Source: Nitrososphaerota archaeon
GTDB lineage: Archaea > Thermoproteota > Nitrososphaeria_A > Caldarchaeales > Caldarchaeaceae
Length of the DNA: 64,000 nt
Reading direction: 5' to 3'
Assembly: GCA_041641305.1 (NCBI GenBank)
Contig: JBEPYN010000001.1
Location: 576,001-640,000, forward strand
In this document: positions 38,270 through 48,366 of the stretch, in pieces
How positions within the stretch are numbered: position 1 is the first letter of the stretch
How the letters are laid out: the number at the start of each line of letters is the position of its first letter
Notes under the pieces: model-generated
Databases searched by the model: none
What the model was told of the DNA's origin: nothing
What the model saw: only the letters and a program-made list of their open reading frames with translations
Position numbers and translations under genes: made by a program

Positions 38270-38982
38270 GATATTCCACCGACCTTTTTGACGAAGAGCT
38301 CCTCAAGGTTCTGGACGTGGTTGGACGCTGTCAATTCTCGTGGTTTTCCCTCGGCTATGACCTGTCCTCTGTGTATGAGTGCTATGCGGTCGCAGAGGTA
38401 GTCGACCTCGAGCATGTTGTGGCTCGAGACTATGAAGGTTGTTCCCCGCTCCGTGTATTGTCGGATGATTTTTCTCACGTATACGCTGTGCTCAACATCG
38501 AGGCCCGCGGTTGGCTCGTCGAGGATGGCGAGCCTCGGCTCCACCATCAAGCAGCTGGCAAGCAAAATTCTCCTCTTCATCCCCTTGCTGTATTCACCCA
38601 TCCTCCGGTCAACGGCATCGCCAAGCCCAGATATCTCAACACCTTGTTCAACAGCCGAGGAGCCGAGACCATACACCCTGCCAACCATTTTGAGGAAACT
38701 TCTGCCGGTGAGGTTTTTGTAAACACCTGCTTCTTCTGGCAGATATGTGATCATTTTCCTGACCTCAGAAGCTTCTTTCACCACGTCTTTCCCAAACACC
38801 TTGGCTGTGCCGCGGCTGGGGTGGAGTAGTGTCGCCAGTATTCTGAAAGTCGTTGTCTTTCCCGCGCCGTTGGGCCCAATAAGCCCGAAGACACCGCCCT
38901 CCTCCACAACCAAGTCAACACCCCTTAGCACCGGGTTGTCTCCGAAAAACCGCCAAACCCCATCGGCCACAACGGCATCCAT
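38266..38982 (-). CDS. ABC transporter ATP-binding protein
   Basis: GPNGAGKTT, YSKGM, LDEPT and SSH. Confidence 0.95.
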   Translation of the reverse strand: MDAVVADGVWRFFGDNPVLRGVDLVVEEGGVFGLIGPNGAGKTTTFRILATLLHPSRGTAKVFGKDVVKEASEVRKMITYLPEEAGVYKNLTGRSFLKMVGRVYGLGSSAVEQGVEISGLGDAVDRRMGEYSKGMKRRILLASCLMVEPRLAILDEPTAGLDVEHSVYVRKIIRQYTERGTTFIVSSHNMLEVDYLCDRIALIHRGQVIAEGKPRELTASNHVQNLEELFVKKVGGIS

Positions 38983-39026
38983 ACCATATCTTCCAAATAC
39001 ATCAATAAATTGTTGAACACGGTGTT

Positions 39027-39887
39027 TTGGCGACGTTGTGGGAGCAGCTTCCGGCTGTCTATGGTTTGGCGTCGGCGATTAGCTGGGGTGCTGGAGACTT
39101 TTACGGAGGATACGCATCCAAAAAAGCAAGCGTGCTCATGGTTGTGGCTGTTTCACAGGCCCTCGGCTGCGCCCTCCTTCTAACCCTCGCCACAATATCG
39201 GGAGAGAAGCCGCCGACAACCAACGACATCTACTGGTCAGCCGCGGCCGGCTTCTTCAGCGGCCTCGGAATAACGCTTTACTACGCCGCGCTCTCACGTG
39301 GGTTGATGGGCATCGCCGCCCCCGTCACAGGTGTTTTGACGGCTGCGGTGCCCGCTGTAGCTGGTGCTTTTCTCGAAGGCGCGCCTTCACCTCTTCAAGC
39401 CACAGGGTTCCTTCTAGCTTTCATCGGCATATTCCTCGTCACCGGCCCGGATGTGAACAGGCTTGACGTAACACGTCAGCTCGCTCCAGCAGCGGCCGCT
39501 GGCCTCGGCTTCGGCCTCTTCCTCGTAACCATCGGACAAGTCTCGACGGGCCACTACTACCCCCTCGCAATCTCGAGGATTGTCACGGTCTCGATGGTCC
39601 TCGCCGCATCCCTAGCAAAAGGCGGCACCTCTCTAAGCAACAGCCGTCTCCCAACCCTGGCAGCAGGCATCTTCGACACAGGAGGCAGCTTCTTCTACCT
39701 ACTGGCCCGTCAACAGGGAAGGCTCGACGTATCGGGCGTGCTCTCATCACTCTACCCCGTGTCAACCGTTCTCCTAGCAAAACTAATCCTCGGCGAAAAA
39801 CTCGGCAAACAAAAAACAGTGGGAATACTATGCGCCGCAGCAGCGACAACCCTAATACAAATAGCAAACATTTACACGAACGGCTGA
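39027..39887 (+). CDS. DMT/EamA-family transporter
   Basis: WGAGDFYGG and LSSLYPVSTVLLA..ILGE; 10 TM helices. Confidence 0.9.
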   Translation: MATLWEQLPAVYGLASAISWGAGDFYGGYASKKASVLMVVAVSQALGCALLLTLATISGEKPPTTNDIYWSAAAGFFSGLGITLYYAALSRGLMGIAAPVTGVLTAAVPAVAGAFLEGAPSPLQATGFLLAFIGIFLVTGPDVNRLDVTRQLAPAAAAGLGFGLFLVTIGQVSTGHYYPLAISRIVTVSMVLAASLAKGGTSLSNSRLPTLAAGIFDTGGSFFYLLARQQGRLDVSGVLSSLYPVSTVLLAKLILGEKLGKQKTVGILCAAAATTLIQIANIYTNG

Positions 39888-39913
39888 GCTGATGTCGTTT
39901 CGTGTGTTAGTTG

Positions 39914-42900
39914 TTATGGTGGTGGAGGCGGTGGTGGAGGGGGACGTCTAAACCTTCGTATCAATACAAGGGTGACTGCTGCGGCTGCTAAGATGATTGC
40001 AGGAGTTATTAAGATGGGTTGAATTGATGTGGAGGTTTGGGTTTCTGTGTGTTGTGTTGTGGTGGTTTTTGTTGTCGTAGGCGTTGTGGCCATGGTTGTG
40101 GTGGCTCGTGTGGTGGCGATTGTTGTCGTAGCTATTGTCGTCGTTGTCCTTGTTTGGACTGGCTCCCAAACGGCTTTAAGGGTTACTGGTTTTTCTGCCG
40201 TGAATTTTAGCGGGTTTTGGTCAGAGGTTATGTCGCCTGTCCAGCCTTTGAATACATATCCCTGAGGCGCGGTTGCTTTCAGGGTCACTTTATCTCCCAG
40301 TTTATAGAAGCCCGCGCCGTCCACAAGGCCTATGTTTGTTTCTGCTTTTACCTGAACATATACAGTGTACAGTTCTTCAAGATTTAGAACAGCTTTGTCC
40401 TCAAGTCTAACTGTGACTAGGGGCTGGTTCGTTTCAAGTCTCCATCCCGTATTCTCGAGTGGCGACTGTATTGTGATTACATATGTTCCTGCAGGTAGCC
40501 TAAGAGTGGTTGTTGTGTTTTCTATTTTTAGCAATATTTGTTTTTGGCTGCCTGGCAGAGATATCTTAAGCGGCATCCCTTTGACGGCGTCAACTAGTTC
40601 CTTTTTCCCTGTAACCATTAAGTTGGCGTGAACTGCCAGGGGCATCATTTTGTATGCTGGTGCAAATCCTTCTTTTCCGGCTATGATGTGGACATAGTTT
40701 ATACCTGCTTTGGATGGCGTGAGTGTGTAGGAAAATGTCCCATCCTGTTCTGTTGTTATGTTAGCTATCCGTCTTATCTGTCCATTTGCCTCTATGATGG
40801 AAATTGAGACAGTAGCCCCGGGTACACCATTTGAACCAAACTGGTCAAAGACCTTCCCCTTTATCGTGGTTGGTTTATCTACGGTTGTCTTGTCGACTGT
40901 GAAGTTTAGCCGGAGACCCGGTAGGGGCTGTCCTATGCTTAGTTGGTATCGGTTGTCTATGATTACAGGGATTTTCAAAAGCTCCCCGTAGCTGATATTT
41001 AGATGTATCGGGATTGTTCGGATGCTTTTTGTATTACCCCAGTTATAGGTTATGTATAGGTATGCATCTACGCCTTTCTCGTCTGTTCCGTACACATTGA
41101 GGAAGTATATTCCCGGTGTCATCGCGAATGTTTCGAGCACTTTCGGGAACGAGCCGTAGCCACTATATCTTAGAGCATTTTCAGAGTATGAGGCGCCATG
41201 GTCTGGATGGTACCCTGCTATGTTGCCAAGAGAATCCTCCAAAGCTAGCTCCAAAAATGGTGGATCGACGAATATTGCTCCAGAAGCAATCCATCCTGCT
41301 GCAGATGTCGGAATGACCTCCGGAGGCGCGTTGATTTTTTGAGCATAACTATTAACTAGGTCGCTGACTGCTTTGCCGTTGTACTCCTGAGTTAACTTTA
41401 CCGCCTGTTCTACTGCCTTATCTATATCTGTGCCTGGTTTGACGTCTAATTCAAGCTTAGGTAGTTGTATTTCGGTCAACTTAGTGTCATAGTTGTCAAT
41501 CTTGAATGAGCCAAGGGACGCACCCGAAACGGTCTGCACTTCCACCTTGGTCGGAGTTAGCGGTGGAAGACCCTGTCCCGAATAAGTCGAGCCTACTTGA
41601 TAGTATACACGCATCACATATTCCTTTTCATCTATTTTTTTGTTAAACTCAACATAGCCCAGCGAGTATGCTTGAAGGTATTTTTGCTGGTTATCGAGAA
41701 TTTTCTCCTTCACGTCTTGAGGCAAATCCATCCCTGCGAGTAGATTGACAACTTGGCTGTATGTCATCAAGCTGCCGTCTGGGTTATAGTAAACAGGAAG
41801 ATTTCCTCCCACGAGTGCGAAAATGGTTTGTGCTTCTAAGAGATCCTTCTGTAGGTCTTTCAAAGATTGTTCGACCTTCTTGTTAGCTTCGGCAAGTGAT
41901 TCGGCGAATTTATCGGCGTCTCCTTTTTTGTAGGCGTCTATTGCCTGGTCTAGCAGCACATTTAATTCATTAGAGGCTTCAGAATTAAAATTGTTTAGCA
42001 ATTTTTGCGATGGATCTCTAGAAGTTTCATCAACATTTGTAGAATAAACTGTGTTTTCTGATAATACGTCCGCGGAGACTTCAGCGACCGCTTTGTTTGT
42101 CTCCGATATAGTGCCAGTACCGCCTCCAGCTACAACGTCGCTTGAACCCTGTATGATGGTTCCCCAGTACCATTCCCATGGGCTTTCATCCGGTATCATA
42201 TACAAGTATGCAAATTTATCCGATGCGACAACCGGCTGGGCAGGCTCTACGGCAGAGCTGTTAGTGGCAAACACACGGAAAACATCAAATGACGCTAGCG
42301 AGCTAGGTACATAAGCGTAAAACTCTGGGCTATCCGCCGCTAATCCCGTGAGTCGATTGTAAACAGTTTGTGGCACAACCCCCTGTAGCGCTGTAACGTT
42401 GTCTTTAGTAACGAAAAGCACCCTGCCTCCTTTGGTCAAGACATAATAAAATGAGTGACTTGTGGAGAAGGGGGATGACTGCTGCGACCTATGCACTGCA
42501 ACTCCCTCCATCAATGAATCATACACAAATCTCTTGAACATTATTTCCCGCGTCAGCTTTATCTCGCCCATAAACGGGTCAACAATCATAAAAGCTGCTA
42601 TCATGTCTTGAGCATGGATTCCGCCGTTAGAGATGTATACTTTTCTACCATCGTAGCCAACGATGTAAGCGCTTGACTGAGTAATAGTCAAAGGGTACAT
42701 GGCAAAGACATAAGAATGGTTGGTCAAGTCCTCCAACAAGTGCCACGACCCAATCTTGTATAGCCGGCCTTGAAGGTATGCGGATCTGCCTACTACTTCG
42801 TCGATATCCATGCCTTTGAGAAGCTCCGGAGAGGCTAGAGTTAGTGCAAAAATAGATGAGGAGTATGCCCCTAACTCACCATTGAACCGCGTCTTCACAA

Positions 42901-44458
42901 AACTGGGAACATAAGACATGTAGCCGTTTATCCATAAATTGCGTAGGGTCCATCTATAGGTGGAGTTATTAGGCCGCTGAACCTCGTGAGTAATGTAAAG
43001 TGGAGAAGAATATCCTGGATAAGCAGGGTCTCCAAGCGCTAGAACGACACCGTTAAGTAGAAACTGAATCCTAACTCTTGCCCTTCTAATATCTATCCCG
43101 GGGGTCAGGAGACCATTTGGAAGCGACGCGATATATGATGCAGCATACCTGTCAGCTGGCACGAACCTAGCTGTTATTCTATACCCCGCTGCTATAGGCA
43201 TGGTAAGCGTAAAACTATGATTACCGTTTACGAAATCGTATAACCTTGAATCGGACCACACCGGATACTCGAACTTCAGCCTCGACACATACTCAATAGG
43301 CGGAGTAGGCCCTACGTACAAAACTATCCTTTCGCCTACTGGTTCTTCCAACCCACTGGAAGGCACGATATAGACCCTTGGCTGGACATCAGTAAGGTCG
43401 AACATCTTTAGAGGTTCCATATATTCTTTGAACGCCTCCTCAAATTCGTCTTGTACAGAAATCACAGGCGGCAAGGTCACCCCCTCGATCGGTGAACTAG
43501 TTTTCCGGATCGTTTTCTTGAACGAGGGGTCCATATCGACCCATGAATTGTTTATGTAAGCCCTTACCCACAAATGTCTAAGCCAGACAACATCGTTATC
43601 CGGGTCATACTGGTCAAGGAGATAAGAGTAGGTCAGGATCTTTAACATTGACTCTTTGTTCCAGACACCTAACGTGTCCATGATGACTTTTGATTTGACA
43701 CCCACTAACCCGTAAACATAACGCGCTGGAGTACCTGTGGCTCTCAGCAAAGCCACCAATAAGCTCGATTGGTCAAAGGAGTTTCCATACAGATCATAAT
43801 ACGTTCTTATCGGCCCCCTCATTACTCCCCAGTAAGCATCAAACAAAACATTGTTTCTAACGAATTCATACAAGGCTACACTTGTGTTTCCTAATTCTTT
43901 TGCAAGAGCATAAAACATGAATGGAACAGGCGTGTACTCATCGGAGGCTAAGTCATGAACAGACTTGGGAGCATCCATTACATGAGCGACTTCACTTATT
44001 GAAACAACCATTTTGAGTGTCTTTGGTGTTTTTTGCTGATTAGCCCATACTCTCACCACTATCGTAACTTCTCCATCAAAAGTAGGTATGAAGACCATGC
44101 GCGGGTTTATTCTTCCTACTGCATCACTTCTAGAAACAACTTGTTCAAATGTTAATGACAAATTTCCCTTAAGCACTTGACCATCCTTAATCAATAATAC
44201 TTGGGCATAGTATTGAAGACCTGCTTCGACGTCTGTAGAGTTCACGGAAATTAGGTACTTTGCTCTTTTTACATGAGCGGCCGGGATAGAAAGAGTTTCA
44301 GCTGTAGCGAGAACTCCGTCAATTCTCAAACCTCCATCAAACTGTAGAACATATTCTTTGGTTGATGGGGTTATGCTGCCGTCGGATCCCCACGCAGAAC
44401 CCGGAATTGTAGAAATAACTAAAAGAACCACGAGACCAGCCACAAGTACCTTAAACAT
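39914..44458 (-). CDS. 1514-aa cell-surface protein: transglutaminase-like domain, Ig-like/InlB-B-like repeats, Thr-rich stalk, C-terminal TM and poly-Pro tail
   Basis: Signal peptide; GNSFDQSSLLVALLRATGTPARY..HLWV..WVDMDP; GYVFKGWTGD repeat; Thr-rich linker; TM helix; RRFRRPPPPPPPPP. Confidence 0.85.
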   Translation of the reverse strand: MFKVLVAGLVVLLVISTIPGSAWGSDGSITPSTKEYVLQFDGGLRIDGVLATAETLSIPAAHVKRAKYLISVNSTDVEAGLQYYAQVLLIKDGQVLKGNLSLTFEQVVSRSDAVGRINPRMVFIPTFDGEVTIVVRVWANQQKTPKTLKMVVSISEVAHVMDAPKSVHDLASDEYTPVPFMFYALAKELGNTSVALYEFVRNNVLFDAYWGVMRGPIRTYYDLYGNSFDQSSLLVALLRATGTPARYVYGLVGVKSKVIMDTLGVWNKESMLKILTYSYLLDQYDPDNDVVWLRHLWVRAYINNSWVDMDPSFKKTIRKTSSPIEGVTLPPVISVQDEFEEAFKEYMEPLKMFDLTDVQPRVYIVPSSGLEEPVGERIVLYVGPTPPIEYVSRLKFEYPVWSDSRLYDFVNGNHSFTLTMPIAAGYRITARFVPADRYAASYIASLPNGLLTPGIDIRRARVRIQFLLNGVVLALGDPAYPGYSSPLYITHEVQRPNNSTYRWTLRNLWINGYMSYVPSFVKTRFNGELGAYSSSIFALTLASPELLKGMDIDEVVGRSAYLQGRLYKIGSWHLLEDLTNHSYVFAMYPLTITQSSAYIVGYDGRKVYISNGGIHAQDMIAAFMIVDPFMGEIKLTREIMFKRFVYDSLMEGVAVHRSQQSSPFSTSHSFYYVLTKGGRVLFVTKDNVTALQGVVPQTVYNRLTGLAADSPEFYAYVPSSLASFDVFRVFATNSSAVEPAQPVVASDKFAYLYMIPDESPWEWYWGTIIQGSSDVVAGGGTGTISETNKAVAEVSADVLSENTVYSTNVDETSRDPSQKLLNNFNSEASNELNVLLDQAIDAYKKGDADKFAESLAEANKKVEQSLKDLQKDLLEAQTIFALVGGNLPVYYNPDGSLMTYSQVVNLLAGMDLPQDVKEKILDNQQKYLQAYSLGYVEFNKKIDEKEYVMRVYYQVGSTYSGQGLPPLTPTKVEVQTVSGASLGSFKIDNYDTKLTEIQLPKLELDVKPGTDIDKAVEQAVKLTQEYNGKAVSDLVNSYAQKINAPPEVIPTSAAGWIASGAIFVDPPFLELALEDSLGNIAGYHPDHGASYSENALRYSGYGSFPKVLETFAMTPGIYFLNVYGTDEKGVDAYLYITYNWGNTKSIRTIPIHLNISYGELLKIPVIIDNRYQLSIGQPLPGLRLNFTVDKTTVDKPTTIKGKVFDQFGSNGVPGATVSISIIEANGQIRRIANITTEQDGTFSYTLTPSKAGINYVHIIAGKEGFAPAYKMMPLAVHANLMVTGKKELVDAVKGMPLKISLPGSQKQILLKIENTTTTLRLPAGTYVITIQSPLENTGWRLETNQPLVTVRLEDKAVLNLEELYTVYVQVKAETNIGLVDGAGFYKLGDKVTLKATAPQGYVFKGWTGDITSDQNPLKFTAEKPVTLKAVWEPVQTRTTTTIATTTIATTRATTTMATTPTTTKTTTTQHTETQTSTSIQPILITPAIILAAAAVTLVLIRRFRRPPPPPPPPP

Positions 44459-44723
44459 TTAAAAAGATCAACGAAATGGCAGATAAAAAAATTTCGTAGC
44501 AGCCTTTATGGTACATCTCCACACGATGCTCTACCAGCTGTTCGTGTTCCATGAACACAATATCAAAAGGCTCGAGGGAACTGGCGTGTTATCACAAAAC
44601 TTGCTCTGCCTAAACGCCATATTCGCAACCAATTATACATAAATACATAAGGGAGGAACACTGTGTACCGCGCTAATACAAACAGCAAACATATAAAAAA
44701 CAACCTCGACACGAAAAAGCGTG

Positions 44724-44797
44724 GCCGGGGTAGCTCAGCCTGGTAGAGCGGCGGGCTGTTAACCCGTCGGTCAGCGGTTCAAATCCGCTCCCCGGCG
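44724..44797 (+). tRNA. tRNA-Asn(GTT)
   Basis: GCCGGGG/CCCCGGC acceptor stem, CT-GTT-AA loop and TTCAAAT T loop. Confidence 0.97.
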
Positions 44798-44899
44798 CAC
44801 GGTAAATATTCTTCATATCGGGCATCTCCGCGACGTCTCTATTGTACAGCTGCTGAACGAAAAAGACGCCTTTTTACAAGGCCCTCGGAGAAGAGTCTA

Positions 44900-45787
44900 T
44901 CAGCCACTCGTCAAAAACACTTCACGAGGACTGACACCGCTCAACTCAAGCAGCCTAACTGCATGTTTGACGATGTCTCGGATATTGTAATTCGTTTCGA
45001 CAAAAAGCTTTCCGACAGCCCTTTTCGACCGAAACGGTTCGCCATTCTCGTGTACTGGCCGGATGTTGACTAGATAGGTTGTACCTTCTCCTGTTTTGAT
45101 TGGTGGTTGGGGGAGTTTACCTGTTGAGTCGAGCCATTCGACAGCGGCTGTTAAGATGTCCCGCCACCACTTCAGTTGATAGGATTTTCCGTCGGGGAAA
45201 ATGATTTTTGTGTATTTCAGTCGGTCACCTAATTTCGGTGAAAAATCTGAGAGGGGTGTGCCTCCTGTTGGTTGGGTAATCTTCTCGGTTATGTCGGTTA
45301 TGATTGATTTTTGTGCTGGCCCGTTTATTCCTGCGTACCGCATTATGGCGAATGCTCTTCTCACGACCTCGACGGCGTCCATCGACTGAATATCCCAGTC
45401 AACTATCTTCTTCTCCTGGAGAGGTTTCTGAATGCTTGTATCATAAACCTCCCACCGGGAGCCGTCTGTCGCGATAAAGTATCTCACACCCTCGGAGACG
45501 CAGTAGGAAATTTGTTGAAGCAAATCCTCCTGCTTGCCCAATGGCTTCGCACCCACGAAAGCCAGCCTCTGGCCGTTCTGAAATAGGGCGTAGTCGGGGC
45601 GCCCCGCCTGTGTCGAGACCTCGGGCCTAACAAGCCTGGCGTCCTCAGTATCCCATCCAAGAGCTCTAAGCAAAGGGTCTATCAACACATACCTTGTCAA
45701 AGCCTCGCTGGACTGAAGATCCTTCTGATATGTGCGGATACGATTCTTAAGCTGTTCAATAAGTGAAACAAGCTCCTGAAGCGGCAT
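44900..45787 (-). CDS. HsdR N-terminal-type (PD-D/ExK) nuclease domain fused to a SeqA-C/RAMA-like domain
   Basis: SEALTRYVLIDPLLRALGWD..V.PE..RPDYAL..AK..ATDG..WEVYD; C-terminal WRDIL..VEWL..LFVETNYN. Confidence 0.75.
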   Translation of the reverse strand: MPLQELVSLIEQLKNRIRTYQKDLQSSEALTRYVLIDPLLRALGWDTEDARLVRPEVSTQAGRPDYALFQNGQRLAFVGAKPLGKQEDLLQQISYCVSEGVRYFIATDGSRWEVYDTSIQKPLQEKKIVDWDIQSMDAVEVVRRAFAIMRYAGINGPAQKSIITDITEKITQPTGGTPLSDFSPKLGDRLKYTKIIFPDGKSYQLKWWRDILTAAVEWLDSTGKLPQPPIKTGEGTTYLVNIRPVHENGEPFRSKRAVGKLFVETNYNIRDIVKHAVRLLELSGVSPREVFLTSG

Positions 45788-45877
45788 AGAAGAGGTTTTT
45801 CATCCACCGATATATGCGTATTGTCTGCGTAGATTTTGCTGATGGGTAGTTGTTGAAAGATTAAATTGTTGTGGCTT

Positions 45878-46288
45878 ATGATGGTTTTTGGTTTGGGCGA
45901 AGCACAGTTCGAGATCATACTTGACCATTACCGTAACCCGCGTAACTACGGCGAGCTCGGGGACGCTTCCGTGAAGGTGAAGGACTCGAACCCGCTGTGC
46001 GGGGATGTTGTGGAGGTTTTTCTCAAGATTAACAGCGAAGGTGTGGTTGAGAAGGCCACTTTCCGCGGACATGGATGCGCCATCAGCCAAGCATCGGCCT
46101 CCATGCTCATAGAGTCTATTCAGGGCAAGAAGCTCGAGGAACTCAAAACACTCGATAAACAGCATATCTTTGACATGCTGGGGATTGAGGTCGGCCCCGT
46201 GCGGGTGAAATGCGCCCTTCTTCCGCTCAAGGCTTTGAAGGCCGCTGTCTACAGCTACCTTGGGCTTAAGCTGGAGGATGAGGAGTAG
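45878..46288 (+). CDS. SufU/IscU-type Fe-S scaffold
   Basis: ILDHYRNPRNYG, NPLCGD, GCAISQASAS and RVKCALL. Confidence 0.95.
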   Translation: MMVFGLGEAQFEIILDHYRNPRNYGELGDASVKVKDSNPLCGDVVEVFLKINSEGVVEKATFRGHGCAISQASASMLIESIQGKKLEELKTLDKQHIFDMLGIEVGPVRVKCALLPLKALKAAVYSYLGLKLEDEE

Positions 46289-46315
46289 CTTTTATCCCTC
46301 CATGACATCATCCAT

Positions 46316-47482
46316 TTGTTGAAGCTGGTCAAAGACCCTGTCCACGGCTACATCACCATATCGGATACGGAGAGAAAGCTCGTCGACACATCGGCAGTCC
46401 AAAGACTGCGGCGAATAAGCCAGCTGCCCCTCGTCTACCTCGTTTACCCCGGTGCGAGACACAGCCGCTTCGACCACTCCCTCGGCTGCATGCATCTTGC
46501 GGGAGAGTTCGCCGACCACCTCAACCTCGACAGCCATGAGAGAAACCTACTCAGAGCATCGGCGCTGCTACACGACATCGGCCACACACCCTTCTCACAC
46601 CTCTTCGAGCAGCTTCTAATGGAAAAGGGGATGAGCCACGAAGACATGAGTATGAAAATTGTGCAGGAGGATGACGAGGTTGCGTCGGCTCTCGAGTCCA
46701 TGGGCCTCGAGGTTAAAGAGGTTGTGGACGTTCTACATGGTAAGTCTCGGCTAAGCGGCCTCGTCTCGGGACCCCTTGACGTCGACCGTTTAGATTTCCT
46801 ACTCAGGGACGCCTACTTCACCGGCGCGACATACGGCATAGTAGATGTCAAACGAATCATAAGACTCACTCATCTTCTCGAGGACGGGCCAGCGGTCGAC
46901 AGCAGAGGAACGGGCGTCGTCGAGGAGCTCGCCATCGCCCGCTACCACTCCTTCATCAACATCTACTTCCACCACGCTGCAAGAGCGGCTCAGAACCTTC
47001 TCCTCAGAGCGGCTAAAATGCTCGGGGATGAGCTTGACTTCAGCTCGATGAGTGTCCAAGAATATCTCGAACACGACGACTACACAGCATGGTGTCTGAT
47101 GAAAAGCAGGGAGAAAAGCAGACCCTACATCAAAAAGCTTGAGAAAAGAATTCTGCCGAAAAGAGTTTTTGAGCAGAAGTTTCTAGGCGCAGATGGGCCG
47201 CGGATAAATTACTCGGATACATCTCTGCTGGAGTCGTTGATAGCGGAGAAAGCGGGAACAGAGCCTGCGAAAATCTACGTTGACTACAGCTACGCGCCTC
47301 CGCTGACAAAATACGGGCCCGGAGAAGTCAGAATACATCCATCACCTGAAACAGGTTCATGGATTATCCAGCAACTCTCGCAGCCCCTCAGGCTTGTGAG
47401 GGTCTACGCCGACCGGGATGTAACAGACCTTGAAAAAATTAGGAAAGCGGCGTATGAGGTTATTTCCTCAGAGATGGAATAA
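46316..47482 (+). CDS. HD-domain phosphohydrolase (dNTP triphosphohydrolase-like)
   Basis: DPVHG, QRLRRISQL, HSRFDHSLG, LLHDIGH.PFSH and DVDRLDFLLRD. Confidence 0.93.
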   Translation: MLKLVKDPVHGYITISDTERKLVDTSAVQRLRRISQLPLVYLVYPGARHSRFDHSLGCMHLAGEFADHLNLDSHERNLLRASALLHDIGHTPFSHLFEQLLMEKGMSHEDMSMKIVQEDDEVASALESMGLEVKEVVDVLHGKSRLSGLVSGPLDVDRLDFLLRDAYFTGATYGIVDVKRIIRLTHLLEDGPAVDSRGTGVVEELAIARYHSFINIYFHHAARAAQNLLLRAAKMLGDELDFSSMSVQEYLEHDDYTAWCLMKSREKSRPYIKKLEKRILPKRVFEQKFLGADGPRINYSDTSLLESLIAEKAGTEPAKIYVDYSYAPPLTKYGPGEVRIHPSPETGSWIIQQLSQPLRLVRVYADRDVTDLEKIRKAAYEVISSEME

Positions 47483-48065
47483 ACTGGGCCAAGCCCTCGA
47501 AAATCTGCTGTGAAACAGTTTCGACAGGCTTCTCGCCGTCGACGACCACAACTCTAGGAAACTTTCGCAGAACACGGCGGTAAGCCCTGCCAACCCTGGT
47601 GAGAAAAGTTTTCCTCTCATATCTCTGAAGGTTTTTGCCAAGACGTTTAACCGCTGTCTCAGGGCTGATGCTCAGATATACGACTATGTCGGGCTTTGCT
47701 GCGAAGCGGTTGACCTCATATACCCAACGGCTCCTCCCCACCGCCACAGACTGGTAAGCCAGCGACGACACCACCGAACGGTCTGAAACAACAAACACCC
47801 CCCTATCCCTAGCCGACATAATCTTCTCTCTGAGAACCAGCCTATCGGCTGCGAAGAGAAGAGCCAAAACCTCTTCAGACAATTTGACACGACCCCTAAG
47901 AGCATCTTTTATCAGCCTACCGATTTTCCCGTCGGTGGGCTCGTGGACAAGCATGACCCGCATACCTCGGCGTCTCAGCTTATCCGCAATAATCTTGGCC
48001 TGTGTTGTTTTCCCCGCACCATCAATTCCCTCAACGGCAATATAGAAAACCTGCTTCAACGCCAT
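47460..48065 (-). CDS. tmk: Thymidylate kinase
   Basis: EGIDGAGKTT, LLFAADR and SDR...SSLAYQ. Confidence 0.96.
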   Translation of the reverse strand: MALKQVFYIAVEGIDGAGKTTQAKIIADKLRRRGMRVMLVHEPTDGKIGRLIKDALRGRVKLSEEVLALLFAADRLVLREKIMSARDRGVFVVSDRSVVSSLAYQSVAVGRSRWVYEVNRFAAKPDIVVYLSISPETAVKRLGKNLQRYERKTFLTRVGRAYRRVLRKFPRVVVVDGEKPVETVSQQIFEGLAQFIPSLRK

Positions 48066-48098
48066 TTCTTTTTTGCGCAGGGATTTAAGATAGGGGGC

Positions 48099-48172
48099 TG
48101 GACCGGCGGGGATTTGAACCCCGGACCTTCCGCGTGCGAGGCGGACGATCTTCCAGACTGATCTACCGGCCC
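48099..48172 (-). tRNA. tRNA-Ala(CGC)
   Basis: GGGCCGG/CCGGTCC acceptor stem with G3-U70, and CT-CGC-AC anticodon loop. Confidence 0.96.
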
Positions 48173-48366
48173 CATGTTACGTTGTTGGTTTTTGATTTAA
48201 GGTTTAGCTTCGCAGCTAAATCATTTTTTAACCGGTTTGGGCATGAAGGCGGGTATGTGACTTGCTGTGAAACAGTCCAAACCCGCGGGAGGTTCTGACC
48301 TGTCTATTGTCTAAAAGCTTCTCCTCGATGGTTACGATGATGCGAAGCGGAGACCTGATGTCGTCT

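Noticed and set aside
44528-44540. GCTCTACCAGCTG resembling an antisense tRNA D arm (possible att remnant)
   Set aside because: Too short, gapped, and the wrong half and orientation for an att duplication.
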